Source of the DNA: Mustelus asterias
Taxonomy: Eukaryota
DNA: 64,000 nucleotides
Assembly (NCBI RefSeq): GCF_964213995.1
Contig: NC_135813.1
Location: 61,132,001 to 61,196,000 of the forward strand
Direction of reading: 5' to 3'
Shown: positions 13,401 through 25,209 of the stretch, in pieces
How the letters are laid out: every line of letters begins with the position of its first letter
How positions within the stretch are numbered: the stretch's first letter is position 1
Made by a program: the position numbers and the translations under genes
Notes under the pieces: generated by a model
Told to the model about the DNA's origin: nothing
The model's input: the letters and a program-made list of their open reading frames with translations, nothing else
The model's database searches: none

Positions 13401-14772
13401 ATAGATTCATGAAACCGATGTCTGCATGAACTGCTATTCGAGCACTGGAGTGCGATAACTTGGATAGCTCTTTCAAAGAGTACAGTGGGTCAATGGCATT
13501 TTTGTGTTGCATTCTTCTGTGAAATGGTTGGGAACGGAGCTCAATATAAGGTTACTAAGTCATTTTTCAGTTGTGTTTCCCTTTGGAGGGAACCAGATGT
13601 TTATCCATTCTATGTACACATATTTTTCTTTAGCTGGTGACATAAAGTTGCATAACCAGTTGTAATGATCAGGAATGCAAGAACTTAAATGATGACGGAG
13701 CAGATTCAGAAGTTTCTTCTAAAAGTCAATAGAACTTCCATGTGAAACGAAGAACAATTGAAAGATTATGGCGAGAGAATGTCTTGGATTAACTGGCCAC
13801 CGTCACTTCTCTTTGCTTCTATCCTAAACAGTTGTCCACTGATCCTGAGTCTAAGTCCCCATGTTCTGGATTTCACAGCCAGGTCTAACAGCCGGCTGGA
13901 CTTTTCAGTTGCAAGGGCTGCATCTTTCGGATAGTCGGTTTGCTTGCGCTGCCAACTCACCTCCCCGCTCATGCTGTCCGCTTCGCTGCCATTGGACATA
14001 TGGTGGAGACAGAAATCGGGCAAAGGCAAGACATGCACATCCTTCTGCGGAGGAGTTACCATCTCAGAGGACTGACGGTCAACCGTTTGTGCAGCAACTC
14101 TGTAGGTTCGAGTAGTGGCGACAGTTCGGATTACAACCGGTCTCCAATAACGAAATCTAACGTAGGCCAAATGAGAAAGATCATTGGAGCTTTCGTGGGG
14201 GCGAGGGAAGTGAGGGGAGGGGGGTGTTCCCCTTGCCCAACACCAACACTCAGCTACGGCTGTTAGATTCGTGTCTTGACAGAGTCCGGTCCCAGCCAGG
14301 GGAATAAATGTAGTGCGGATAGGATGAAGAGTCACCTGAGTGACTCTTAATGGGTCACTTAAGGGCCTCAATAGGTTCAAAGGTGCGCGTGCCGCAGAAC
14401 GAATTTATTCTTCCCAATAGTTGGAGGAGATTTCTAAAAATCATCACTGTAGAACAGTTCAGTGAGGCGATGGTGAGGTAGAGCTTCGTGCTTTCCGAGT
14501 GCATAAATATCCTGATGTGCTTTCAGATGATGCCTACAAGGGGGAGCGTGTGGATGGGAAAAAGAATGGGGGCCAGGGATATATTGTTGAGTTGCTCGCA
14601 TGGGAGCAGGAAGAGAAGCCATTGCAGACAAATCTGTGGATATTATTTGATAAATAATGATGGAGCCAGATCACGAGAATCGGCCCAAGCAACTGACAAA
14701 CGATGGAGATTTTTTGGATCGTGTGTTGAATATTGTCAAAGACCGAGGTCAGATCGAAAACAATGAGCAGTC

Positions 14773-15094
14773 GGGCGGCACCGTGGCACAGTGGTTAGCA
14801 CTGCTACCTCACAGCGCCAGGGACCCGGTTTCACTTTGCAGCTTGAGCCACTGTCTGAGCGGAGTCTGCACGTTCTCCCGGTGTCTGCGTGGGTTTTCTC
14901 CACGTACTTCGGTTTTTTCCCACAGTCCGAAAGACGTGATGATTAGGTGCATTGGCCATGCTAAAGTTTCTCTCAGTGTACCCGTACAGGCGCCGGAGTG
15001 TGGCGACTAGCGGATTTTCACAGTAACTTCATTGCAGCAGTTGCAATTTGGATTACAACTGGTAATTGTAAGCCTACTTGTGACTAAAAATAAA
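14773..15094 (+). mobile_element. tRNA-derived V-SINE (paralog 26344-26664, other copy 42988-43282, minus fragments at ~13065-13155, ~37700-37805, ~38025-38210)
   Basis: A box TGGCACAGTGG, V-domain ctgcacgttctccc.gtgtctgcgtggg, and a shared tail cagtaacttcattgcag..gcctacttgtgac. Confidence 0.85.
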
Positions 15095-16171
15095 GAAACT
15101 GCAAAAAACTTTAAAACTTTAAAAAACAGGAATAGTTTGCTATCGTTATAATTGAATAGAATGTAACTTTGTTAAGGGTCGTATCAGTATTGTGGCAGTA
15201 GCCGAAACGCGATTGTGGGAATTCAACGCTGGAGTTATTGGAACGATAGTATGGATTTGGGGTTGGAAATATCTTCAAGCGGTTTAGAGAGGAAATGTTA
15301 ACTGAAGATCGGCAGTAGTTTACAAGGACAGAGGAACTCAAGGCTGTTTTCAATGAGAAGTTTGATGGTAATCGGTGTGAAAATATAACAGTACCTGAGG
15401 AGAGATAGCAACGAATGATATCAGCGAAAGTGGGGGCAAAAAAATAAAGTTGGATGGTCAGTAATTTAGCGGAAACATGGACAACATGTGTCTAATGGAA
15501 AAACTGAGTTGCGAAAGCGAATGAGGGGATATATGATTTAAAAATCCGATTCAACTATGATGCATGCGAAGTAGTGCTTCCTCATTTCACTCCTAAATAG
15601 CTTCGCTCTAATGAAAGAGTGTGCCCTATGCTTCTGGATTGTGTTATTAGTGGAAATGATTTCTCTGGACCTATCCTATCACACTCGCTGATCATTTTAA
15701 ATACGTCGATTAGGTATAGAGTGCAGGGGAAGACAGACATTGAGTTGCCTTGAGTGATTTAGCACAAGACTGTTGCTATTCCAATCTATATACTCATTAA
15801 GGGTTTTAACTCTCTTCACCACAAACACTTGGTTTAGCAAAGCCACACAAATTTATGCTTCAGCGATAGCCTCATATTAATCAAGAAACAAGAGATCCCG
15901 AAACATTTTCAACCACTTTTGTGCAAAATACCAGTGTTGGAAAGTCATGCCTTCTCAAATAGATAGTGCCTCTGGTCGTCTGTATATAAGGACAAGTAAG
16001 GACAAAGTTCAACATTTCTTGCTGAGCCAGTGGTCCCGCATGTTATATTGGTATTAAGTGTGCTTCCATTATGCAGCATGGTCCAAATTGTCAACACATG
16101 CTCTTGACTCCATCTATCCTCAGGTGCACTATTTTAAGATACTGCTTCCGCAATCCTTGCTGAAATAAGAC

Positions 16172-16600
16172 GTTAAATGCATCTTGTTACTCGATGAGTC
16201 CACAGACCCGGTGAATCGATGTGGAATACCCGAAGCTGTTCCAGAGCTGTACCAAACAAGTACAGGTGCACTGCCCGGTTTCTGCCAGTACCAGCTCGGG
16301 TAATAGCTGCTCATGCTGCCTGCCGACATGGTGCAAGTGATGGTGACGGTCTCTCCCGGTGAGGACGAAATGGATCCTAGTTGTGTCAGGACAGGATCCG
16401 CAATTGTACCTGGTGAAAAGCAAAGTATTTGTCAGACACACACTGTGAAATGTTGAATATAGCTTGCAATTCAGGTTCGTTAAATCACAAGCGCAAAAGC
16501 AGATAATGAGAAAAACAATGAGCGTTACTTCAGGTTGACGCCCGTACTTACTGTGGAAACAGAGTATCAGTGCGGCGAGAACTCTGATCGATTGTGTTAT
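16172..16600 (-). pseudogene. IGL: VJ2 pseudogene (same family as VJ1): leader 16552-16600, V exon 16172-16409, truncated in FR3
   Basis: Leader start mutated ATG>ATA (16600-16598). V reads [42 protein letters not shown]...SSSNKMHLT, then homology to VJ1 ends. The second Cys, CDR3 and J are missing. Confidence 0.92.
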
Positions 16601-16721
16601 GGTGAAGGTTTGGGGCGAGGAAGAAGGAAAATAAATCCTGACACGAATGCGCTTCTGCGTCCATTGCAACCGCGCCTTTAAAAGATTCAGACACTGCAGG
16701 GCGAATTAATATTAATTACGC

Positions 16722-16743
16722 ATGCAAATTTCCTGTCACGTGA
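16722..16743 (-). promoter_or_regulatory. VJ2 promoter octamer plus E-box
   Basis: ATGCAAAT at 16722-16729 and GTCACGTGA, exactly 13320 nt from the VJ1 motifs. Confidence 0.8.
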
Positions 16744-17095
16744 TGCTCGGCCAAAGATCTCCATTTCGGTATTGTCTGATATTTGGAGAATGTGCACGTC
16801 AGCCTTTTTGGAAAAGAAGAAAATTAAATCTCCCAAGCCACAGAATAGCATGCAAAATGGCTCAATACCCTCCCCCCGCAAAAAAACAAACGGTGCGGTG
16901 AAACATAAAGAGATTAAATGGATCGTGGCTTGATCTTTGGAAGCCTGCAGATTACAATGAGTAAATGTCGCGGACAGTAAGCTGTTTAATAGGTATAGCG
17001 TCCCTGGTGAATAAATTAAAGACGATAATTGTGAGTTGCGATTTCATGTGCACACAGAGAGGTGGAATTGACCACACTCCTTATTGTCTTCTCTG

Positions 17096-17163
<68 letters not shown>
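17096..17163 (+). repeat. (GATA)17 microsatellite
   Basis: Perfect tetranucleotide array. Confidence 0.97.
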
Positions 17164-20100
17164 TCTGAAGTGAGTGAATGATAGACAAGCACCGGGGAAC
17201 ATTTTATTGCCTACCTGGATGTGATTGAGGTGCCAAAACTGTCCACTCAGCACTATTCAAGTGTTGGAAACCGACGGAATTCACAGTGAGTTAAGCCTTG
17301 GTACAATGAAATGCTCGAGCAAGCAAAGCTTTTCGCAAGATGTTCGTTGTTGGATTTGAGGGGCACATTTGCTGTCATGGGAAAGAATGAGTTTGAGAAT
17401 GTCATTGCATTGGCCGACGTCGGAATGAGTTGAAAGTAGCAGTGTTTAAAAATCAGATTTCTGAGGGCAGGTGACCCTCCCCCCAACACCACCCTCGCCT
17501 CGTATTGCAGAAGCCATCGTACAATGTTCCATTGCCCCCTCATTTGATAAATGAAACAAAATCCGGCAAGCACTTTAAATGCTGATAACGTTCGCTTGTC
17601 ACACACCTTAATTCCATGGGTTCTTGAACAATTGTGAGAAGTAACCTTTTGATTATGCAGCTGAGGCTGACGGAGGAGAACGAGAAGAAATGAATTAATT
17701 ACTTCGCCGAGAGAGATGAGGATCGCGGACGCGGATGCAGTTGCGTCAGTATAAAGAATTCGAGAAGGTTCATCGCAGAAGGAGGGCAATCAGCCCATCG
17801 CATCCATGTTGGTTCTGTAAAGGAGCGATCGAACTGGAACTGATCTTACTCCAGTGTTCGACATATTTTCCACCTTTTCTACAGTGAACTAGCCTTTGAC
17901 CCAGTTGTCTCTAGATCATTAAGAGTCTGAACATAGTTACCCCCCACCACCCCTCTTCTGTTCCTCATCCAGGATTATTTCAAGTGCTTGCCTCCCGGTG
18001 ATCAAATTTCCCAACATTTGAATCAGCTTCCATTTTCTTTATCCAGCACCATCAAGAACATTTTTATCAAATCTACTGTGCGACAAATAAAGTAATGACG
18101 AAGGAGAATTTAGAGTATGAGAGAATGTTAGCTGGACATATTAAAATAATGTAAGAATTTCTACATGCTTGTAAAAAGGAAAATGCTCAGTAAAGTAAGT
18201 GTGGTTACTCTGGAGGAGTATCGGAAATTCATAATACGAAATGAGAAATGGCGGCAGAATTGATATATATTCTCTGCCTCGCTGTAGAATACATGAATAA
18301 TGTTCCAGGAATTCTTGGAGGTGAAGAGGTAGAAGGGAGCGAGGAACATAAAGAAATTACAACCACCAGGTCGATGCTACTGAGAAAACGATCAGAACTA
18401 AAGTCTGTCAAGGCGTTAGGACATGATGGAGCTGGGTCAGATACCCTTACGGAGAGTGGATGCAGACCGATGGCCGATTGGCCTCCTTCTGCATTGAAGT
18501 GATTGTATAATTCCATGAGATCGGGGAATAGCATATCTAACTCATCTATTCAAGAAAGGAAAGAGACAGAAAACATATAACTACAAGCCAATTAGCCTAA
18601 CATGTGTCAAAAGTTAAATGCTCGAATTAAATGCTAGTATGTATTATTGGAAGGTTATAGCAGGGCACTTGCAATTATGCAGAGCCAACATGGCTTTGTA
18701 CAATTGAAGCCATACTTTACTTTGTTATACATACTTGAGCAACTTATTAGTGTCGTGGATAAAGATGAATCTGGAGACTTGGATTTCCAAAAAGTATTTA
18801 ATCAGATACCGCTTCAAAGATACATTATGCAAAGCCAAATAGGAGCTCATCATGTATGGGGTAATATTTATCACGAATCGAGGACTGGTTGGCTTACCGA
18901 AACAGAGAGGTGGGGTAATTGAGCCATTTTTGTTGGGGGGGGGGGGGCGGCGGAGGTGGGGCAAACTGTAGCTGGTGGTATGTCACACAGATTACGTCTG
19001 GTGCCTCAACTATTTTCAATTTATAGAAATGACATGGATGATGGGATGGATTGATTGCAAACTTTTCTCATGACATTAATACAGGGGGAAAAGTAAATTG
19101 TGAGGTAAGCCTAAATAATTTACAAAGGGATTTAGAAAGACTACGTGAGTTGTAAAAAGAAACAGGTGGAGCACAATGAGGTGAAATGCGAACTCGTCCA
19201 CTTTGGCAGGAAAAATGGAAAGCAGCAAATTATTCACACGGAGATGAGAGTGCAAAAATCTACAGCACTGGGGGATCTCTGCGTCCTGGCACGTGATTCA
19301 CAAAACGGTAGCATGAAGCTGGAAACGATTAGGAAAGCAAATGCAATGTTGCCACCCATTGCAAGTGGGATGGAATATAAAAGTAGGGAAGATTCGCTAC
19401 AAATGTGTCGTACTGTGGTGAGAGCACATCTGAAGTACTTTCCTGTTGGCCCGCGTACCTCAGAACGGACACAATAACACCAGCAACAGTTCGGAGAAAG
19501 GTTCACCCATCAGATGATAAGGATATCATATAGGGAAAGGTTGGACAGATTGGACCTGCACCCATTAGAGTTTAGAAGAATTAGGGATGGTCCTGCTGAA
19601 ACACCTATTATCCTGAGGTGAATTGAGATGGTGAATGCTGAGGAAGTGCCTCCCCTCTAAAGAGACTAGAACGAGGGGACATTAATTAAAATAAGAGGTT
19701 TTCCACTTGAGATGGAGATAAAGAGAATTTCATTGTCTGTGAGAGCCATTAGCTTGTCGAACTCTCTTTACCAGGAATATTCCATCGTGAATGGTGGTGG
19801 ATAATTAAACAACTCACTGGAGGGGAAGACATCACTAATGTCCATATCCTCAATGATCAGTGAAAAAGACAAGGCTAAAGCCTTCGCAACAATCTTCCGT
19901 GAAATGTGCCAAGTGGATGATCCATCTTGGCCTTCTACAAAAATAGTCAGCATCACGGATGTCAATCTCCAGCCAATTCAATTCGCTCCACGTGATATCA
20001 AGAAGTGGCCGGACCCGTTGGATACTGCAAGAGCTTTGGGCCCTAACAATATTCTGTCGACAGTCCTGAAGACCTGTGTTCCAGACCATGCGGCCCCGCC

Positions 20101-23100
20101 AGTCAAGTTGTTTCAGTACATCTACAACACTGGCATCTACCCGGCATTGCAGAAAATTGCCCAGTTATGTCCTCTACGCAAAACGGAGAGCATCTCCAAC
20201 TACATTCATTAGCCATCAGGCCACTCCAGACCATCAGTAAATTGATTGAAGGGGTCATTAACAGCGCAATCAAACGGCAGGAACATAGCAGGAACCTACT
20301 CACCGACACAGTTTGGATTCCGCTAGTCACTCAGCGCCTGACTTCATTACAGCCTTGGGTCAAACATGCCAGATGTGAAGTGACTGCCTTTGACGTCAAG
20401 GCAGCACGTGTGGAATTAAGGAGCCCGAGCAATACTGGAGTCAATTAGAATCAGAGCGGAAGCTCTACGCTTGTTGGAATCATACCTGGCACAGTGGAAA
20501 CGTTTTCTGGTGGTTGGAGTTCAAGCATCTACGTTGCAAACTTCACTGCAGGAGTTTTTCAAGATGGTGTCTTAGGTCGAATCATCTTCAGCTGCTCTAT
20601 CAACGAACTCCATTGCATCATAATGTCAGCAGTGGGGATGATCGCACAGTGTACAGTACCATTCCCGCATTCTCAGAGACTGAAGCCGTCCATGTCCAAA
20701 TGCAATAATTTCTGGACAATATCCAAGCTTGGGTTGACAAGTGGCAAGTAACCTTCGTGACAAAGTAGTGCCAGGAAATGACCATCTCCAACAACAGAGA
20801 ATTTAACCATTGTCCCTTGACATTCAATGATATTGCCATCACTGTCGACATCCTGAGGGCGACCATTGACAAGAAACTGAACTGGTTTTGACATTTAAAT
20901 ATGGTGGCTGCAAGAGCAGGTCAGAGGCTATGAATCCTGTGGCAAGTATCTCACTTCCTGACTCGCCGAACCTGTCCACCATCTGCGAGGCACAAGTCAG
21001 GAGTGTGATATAAAATTGCACTAGCCAGGAGAGTGCTGCTTCTATAACTTTCAAGAAGCTCCAACCACCCAGGACAAGGCTTGACTGGCACCTATTTCAC
21101 AAACTCCCTCCGCCACGACGAACAGTGGCAGCAGCGTGTACCATCTGCAAGGTGCACTGCAAAAACCCATCCAGGCTGCATAGGCAGCATCTTACAAAAT
21201 CACATCGCTCCCGTCCAGAAGGACAAAGGCAGCAGACACATGGGAACTCCACCACCTTAGCTCTCCCCTCTAAGTTATTCGCAATCTGACCTGGGGATAT
21301 ATTGCTTACCTAGACCACAAGAATTGCGCTGATTTAACAAAGCATTTCACCACCATCATCTCAAGGGCAATTAGCGATGAGGAATAAATGCTGGTCGAGC
21401 CAGCGATGCCCACATCACGTAAAAAAAAATACAGAATTCGATAGATTCCTGATTGAAAAGGGATCCAAAGAGTATAGGGGTAGACAGGAATGTGGGGTCG
21501 AGCCCACGATCACATCAGCCACGACCTGAGGCCTAATGTTCGTTCCAATTCACATGATCGTCTGATTCGTATTTGCGCCGTTTTTGTCTACTTTCATTCT
21601 ATCAGATTTCTGAACTGTCGGATCCATTAATGTGTCACTGGTAGCATTATTTTTAGTGAATGACGCAGGAAAGGAAGTGATAGCAAAACATTTAGTGACA
21701 CTGGGTTCTTATGCTTCTAATCATTCAGATTTTCTGATATTATGCACATTCACCACTGAAAAGGGGAACTCAGTAAACATCCGAATTAATTGACAATACC
21801 TTCAGAAAATATTCTGAAAACGACTTTCATGTCCGAATCCCTATTTTCGAAGTGTCCACGTATTTTTCCAGGAATTGATATTTTGAGATATTTTAACCGC
21901 TAATACGCTTCATGTAATAACACGGTCCTTGGTATATCAAGTGCAATATTGCCATCTGTTGGTTCAGCCGCAAAAAGCGCACAGGTTCATTGGGATACGT
22001 TCTGGACTTCATTCATCTATTGTGCGTCGTCCAATAGAAAGCAGGGGAATGAATTGACAATTATAACATACATTTCTGGAGAAATTCGGCACTTGTGAAA
22101 AGAGGAACAAAATTTCTGTCTAAGGGTTATTCACACTGCTGTGTTCGGTGAAACTGTGTTCATTCTCTAATGAATGAAGCGTAAATCTCATCAGCACTTT
22201 TATCATGCATTTCAAACGTTTCGAAGACAGGTGCAGGCGCAGCCTCAATCAAGGGAACAGGAACTAACACTGTAAAGCATGGCGGACGCTGTAGACCGGC
22301 GACTAATTACCGGATTAGCTTTGCAGAATCCTGGATCAAACAATGATTCTAAATCCCACCATGGTATCTGGCAATAAATCTTGAACAAAAGTAGTAGAAT
22401 GATGTTAACCATGAAACCACTGAATTGCTGAAAAAAACATTCGCCTCATTAACATAATTCCGGGCAGGAAATCTGCCATCCTTACTGAGTACATATGTGA
22501 CTCCACGTTTTCCGTCGCGAAAAAGATACAGACGTCTGAGGAAACGTACCAAACAACGTAAGTGTCTTCCCTGCTGCCCCCAGACGATTGAATGGACCTA
22601 CCTCGCATTAAGTTGATTTTTCTGCACACCCTAGCTATGACTGGAGCACTACATTCTACACTCTCTAATTTCCTTCTCTTTGAACGGAATACTTTGTCGG
22701 AATAGCATGTAAGAAACAATAATTGTCACTGTATACTAATATATACCAATGTATAATGTACGAATGTATACTAATATAATAGAGTACGATTACTTGGATA
22801 GGTCTTTCAAAGAGTACAGTGGATCAGTGTTGTATTTTTCTGCGAAATAGTAGGGAACTGAGCTCAATATAAGTTACTAAGTCATTTTTCTATTGTGTTT
22901 CCGTTTGTGTTTCCATAGAATGGAATGTTTATCCATTCTATGTACACATGTTTTTCTTTAGCTGATGACATAAAGTTGCATAGCCAGTTGTAATGATCAG
23001 GAATGCAAGAGCTTAAATGATGACGGAGCAGATTCACAAGTCTCTTCTAAAAGTCAATAGAACTTACATGTGAAGCTAAGAACAAATGAAAGACTATAGC

Positions 23101-23544
23101 GACAGAATGTCTTGGATTAACTGGCCATCGTCACTTCTCTTTGCTTCTATCCTAAATAATTGTCCACTGATCCTGAATCTCAGCTCCCGTGTTCTGGATT
23201 TCACAGCCAGGGCAAACAATCGGCTGGACTCTTCAGTTGCAAGGACCGGGTGTTTCGGATAGTCGGTTTGCCTGCTCCGCCAACTCACCTCCCCGCTCAT
23301 TCTGTCTGCTCTGTAGCCATTGGACATATGGTGGAGACAGAAATCAGGCAAAGGCAAGACATGCACATCCTTCTGCGGAGAGAGTTACCGCCTTAGGGGA
23401 CTGACGGCGAATTCTAGAACATTAAAACCAACCCATCAATTGTCCCTTTGGTCACTTCTTTTAAGACCATCGGGTAAAATCCATCAGAATCTGAGGACTT
23501 ATCTGCCCACATATTCAACAACTTTCTTAATGTCATTTCGCTGA

Positions 23545-23872
23545 CCCTTCACAAGATGATCAGAGGATTAGATAGGGTCGACAGTGAGAGCCTTTTTCCT
23601 CGGAGGTTGATGGCTAGCGCGAGGGGACATAGCTTTAAATTGAGGGCAGATAGATATAGGAAAGATATCAGAGGTAGGTGCTTTACTCAGAGAGTAATAA
23701 GGACGTGGAACGCCCTGCCTGCAACAGTACTGGACTCGCCAACATTAAGGGGATTTAAATGGTCATTGGATAACATATGGATGACATTGGAATAGTGTAG
23801 GTTAGATGGATTTTAGATTGGTTTCACAGGTCGGCGCAACATCGAGGGCCGAAGGGCCTGTACTGCGCTGTA
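23545..23872 (+). mobile_element. CR1 3' fragment whose TGTTCTA tail is displaced to 25718-25731
   Basis: MIRGLDRVDSESLFP..RGHSFKL..FTQRV and the terminal hairpin gggccgaagggcctgtact. Confidence 0.85.
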
Positions 23873-25209
23873 ATAGAACATAGAACAGTACAGCATAGAA
23901 CAGGCCCTTCGGCCCACGATGTTGTGCAGAGCTTTATCTGAAACCAAGATCAAGCTATCCCACTCCCAACATCCTGGTGTGCTCCATGTGCCCATCCAAT
24001 AACCGCTTAAATGTTCCTAAAGTGTCCGACTCCACTATCACAGCAGGCAGTCCATTCCACACCCCAACCACTCTCTGAGTAAAGAACCTACCTCGGACAT
24101 CCTTCCTATATCTCCCACCATGAAGCCTATAGTTATGCCCCCTTGTAATAGCTCCATCCACCCGAGGAAATAGTCTTTGAACGTTCACTCTATCTATCCC
24201 CTTCATCATTTTATAAACCTCTATTAAGTCTCCCCTCAGCCTCCTCCGCTCCAGAGAGAACAGCCCTAGCTCCCTCAACCTTTCCTCATAACACCTACCC
24301 TCCAAACCAGGCAGCATCCTGGTAAATCTCCTTTGCACTCTTTCCAGCGCTTCCACATCCTTCTTATAGTGAGGTGACCAGAACTGCACACAATATTTCA
24401 AGTGTGGTCTCACCAAGGTCCTGTACAGTTGCAGCATAACCCCATGGCTCTTAAACTCCAACCCCCTGTTAATAAAAGCTAACACACTATAGGCCTTCTT
24501 CACAGCTCTAACCACTTGATGGCAACCTTCAGAGATCTGTGGATATGGACACCAAGATCTCTCTGCTCCTGCACAGTCTTCAGAACCCTACCTTTCACCC
24601 TGTAATCCATATTTAAATTTGTCCTACCAAAATTAATCACCTCACATTTATCAGGGTTAAACTCCATCTGCCATTTTTCAGCCCGGCTTTGCATCCTAAC
24701 TATGTCTCTTTGCAGTCTACAACAGCCCTCCACCTCATCCACTACTCCACCAATCTTGGTGTCATCAGCAAATTTCCTGATCCACCCTTCAGCCCCCTCC
24801 TCTAAGTCATTAATAAAAATCACAAAGAGCAGAGGACCAAGCACTGATCCCTGCGGCACTCCGCTAGCAACCTACCTCCAATCCGAAAATTTTCCATCCA
24901 CCACCACCCTCTGTCTTCGATCAGACAGCCAGTTACCTATCCAATCGGCCAACTTTCCCTCTATCCCACACCTCCTTACTTTCATCGTAAGCCGACCATG
25001 GGGGACCTTATCAAACGCCTTAAATCCATGACATCAACTGCCCTATCTTCATCAACATACTTAGTTACCTCCTCAAAAAATTCTATCAAATTTGTGAGGC
25101 AAGACTTGCCCTTCACAAATCCGTGCTGAATATCCGGGATTAATCCGCATCTTTCTAAATGGTCGTAAATCCCATCCCTAAGGACTTTTTCCATCAACTT
25201 ACCAACCAC
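23873..25209 (-). mobile_element. Young CR1 LINE (RT), same subfamily as 31446-32751 and 53188-53603
   Basis: [40 protein letters not shown], (TATGTTC)n tail. Confidence 0.93.

Larger units (their letters stand above)
2850..16170. repeat. Segmental tandem duplication, copy 1
   Basis: Colinear with 16172-27740 (V 5' part, leader, promoter, the same old LINE/SINE fragments and unique spacers), roughly 90% similar by eye, with copy-specific indels. Confidence 0.9.

Noticed and set aside
13766-14766. ORFs of 90-204 aa in GC-rich segments (also 25194-25756)
   Set aside because: No recognisable domain, frames not conserved between the duplicates, and they lie in repeat-like DNA.
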